From Nitrospira sp. (GTDB lineage: Bacteria; UBA9089; CG2-30-40-21; SBAY01): a stretch of DNA of 37,742 nucleotides. How positions within the stretch are numbered: position 1 is the first letter of the stretch; the number at the start of each line of letters is the position of its first letter. Shown here piece by piece: positions 37,668-37,742 of the stretch. The translations under genes were made by a program, and so were the position numbers. The stretch covers positions 1 to 37,742 of the forward strand of contig SBAY01000102.1 of NCBI GenBank assembly GCA_005239945.1, written 5' to 3'. Under the pieces are notes generated by a model, which was given only the letters and a program-made list of their open reading frames with translations, was not told the DNA's origin and did no database searches.

Positions 37668-37742
37668 GATGTTGTTTTTTTAACAAAGTTTTTTTCATAT
37701 GTAGGCGATAACGAAAAATAGCCCATTTTGGATAATTTAAGG

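Noticed and set aside
37705-37724. Possible third attC end (minus strand TTTTTCGTTATCGC)
   Set aside because: Resembles the other cores but the L-box pattern is absent and any partner arm would lie outside the window
1-37742. rRNA, tRNA or riboswitch genes
   Set aside because: None recognised by eye in the intergenic regions; an Rfam/tRNAscan run would be needed to exclude them

Overview
AT-rich bacterial chromosomal window, mostly housekeeping genes: rnj, a six-GAF HD-GYP protein, bioF, mcsA-mcsB-clpC, mobA, a decaying MacAB-TolC-type efflux operon, mreB-mreC-mreD-mrdA-rodA, a TPR protein, a GAF-GGDEF cyclase, glycosyltransferases, a B12-radical SAM enzyme, a ThiI/MnmA-like protein, a BshB1-like deacetylase, FapA/DUF342 and an MshEN-HEPN-like fusion. 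The unusual part is the non-coding DNA. Most gene junctions, including those inside the mcs-clpC and mre-mrd operons, carry a 40-120 bp hairpin whose arms are tandem 6-10-mer repeats. There are about 20 such elements in about 10 unit families. They recur as near-identical dispersed copies, nest inside each other, and often supply the neighbouring stop codon or RBS. One family occurs both 'empty' and 'filled': a four-helix-bundle gene is bracketed by perfect 17-bp inverted repeats and carries the same repeat inside its CDS. Also present are three MITEs with GTAACCGTTCA ends and 8-bp target duplications, an internally deleted IS4 element and an IS110 fragment. Two related attC-like sites occur, one belonging to a gene-less 288-bp cassette that interrupts an AAA ATPase gene exactly at a GTT core. 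All calls were made by eye from motifs; no database searches were run.
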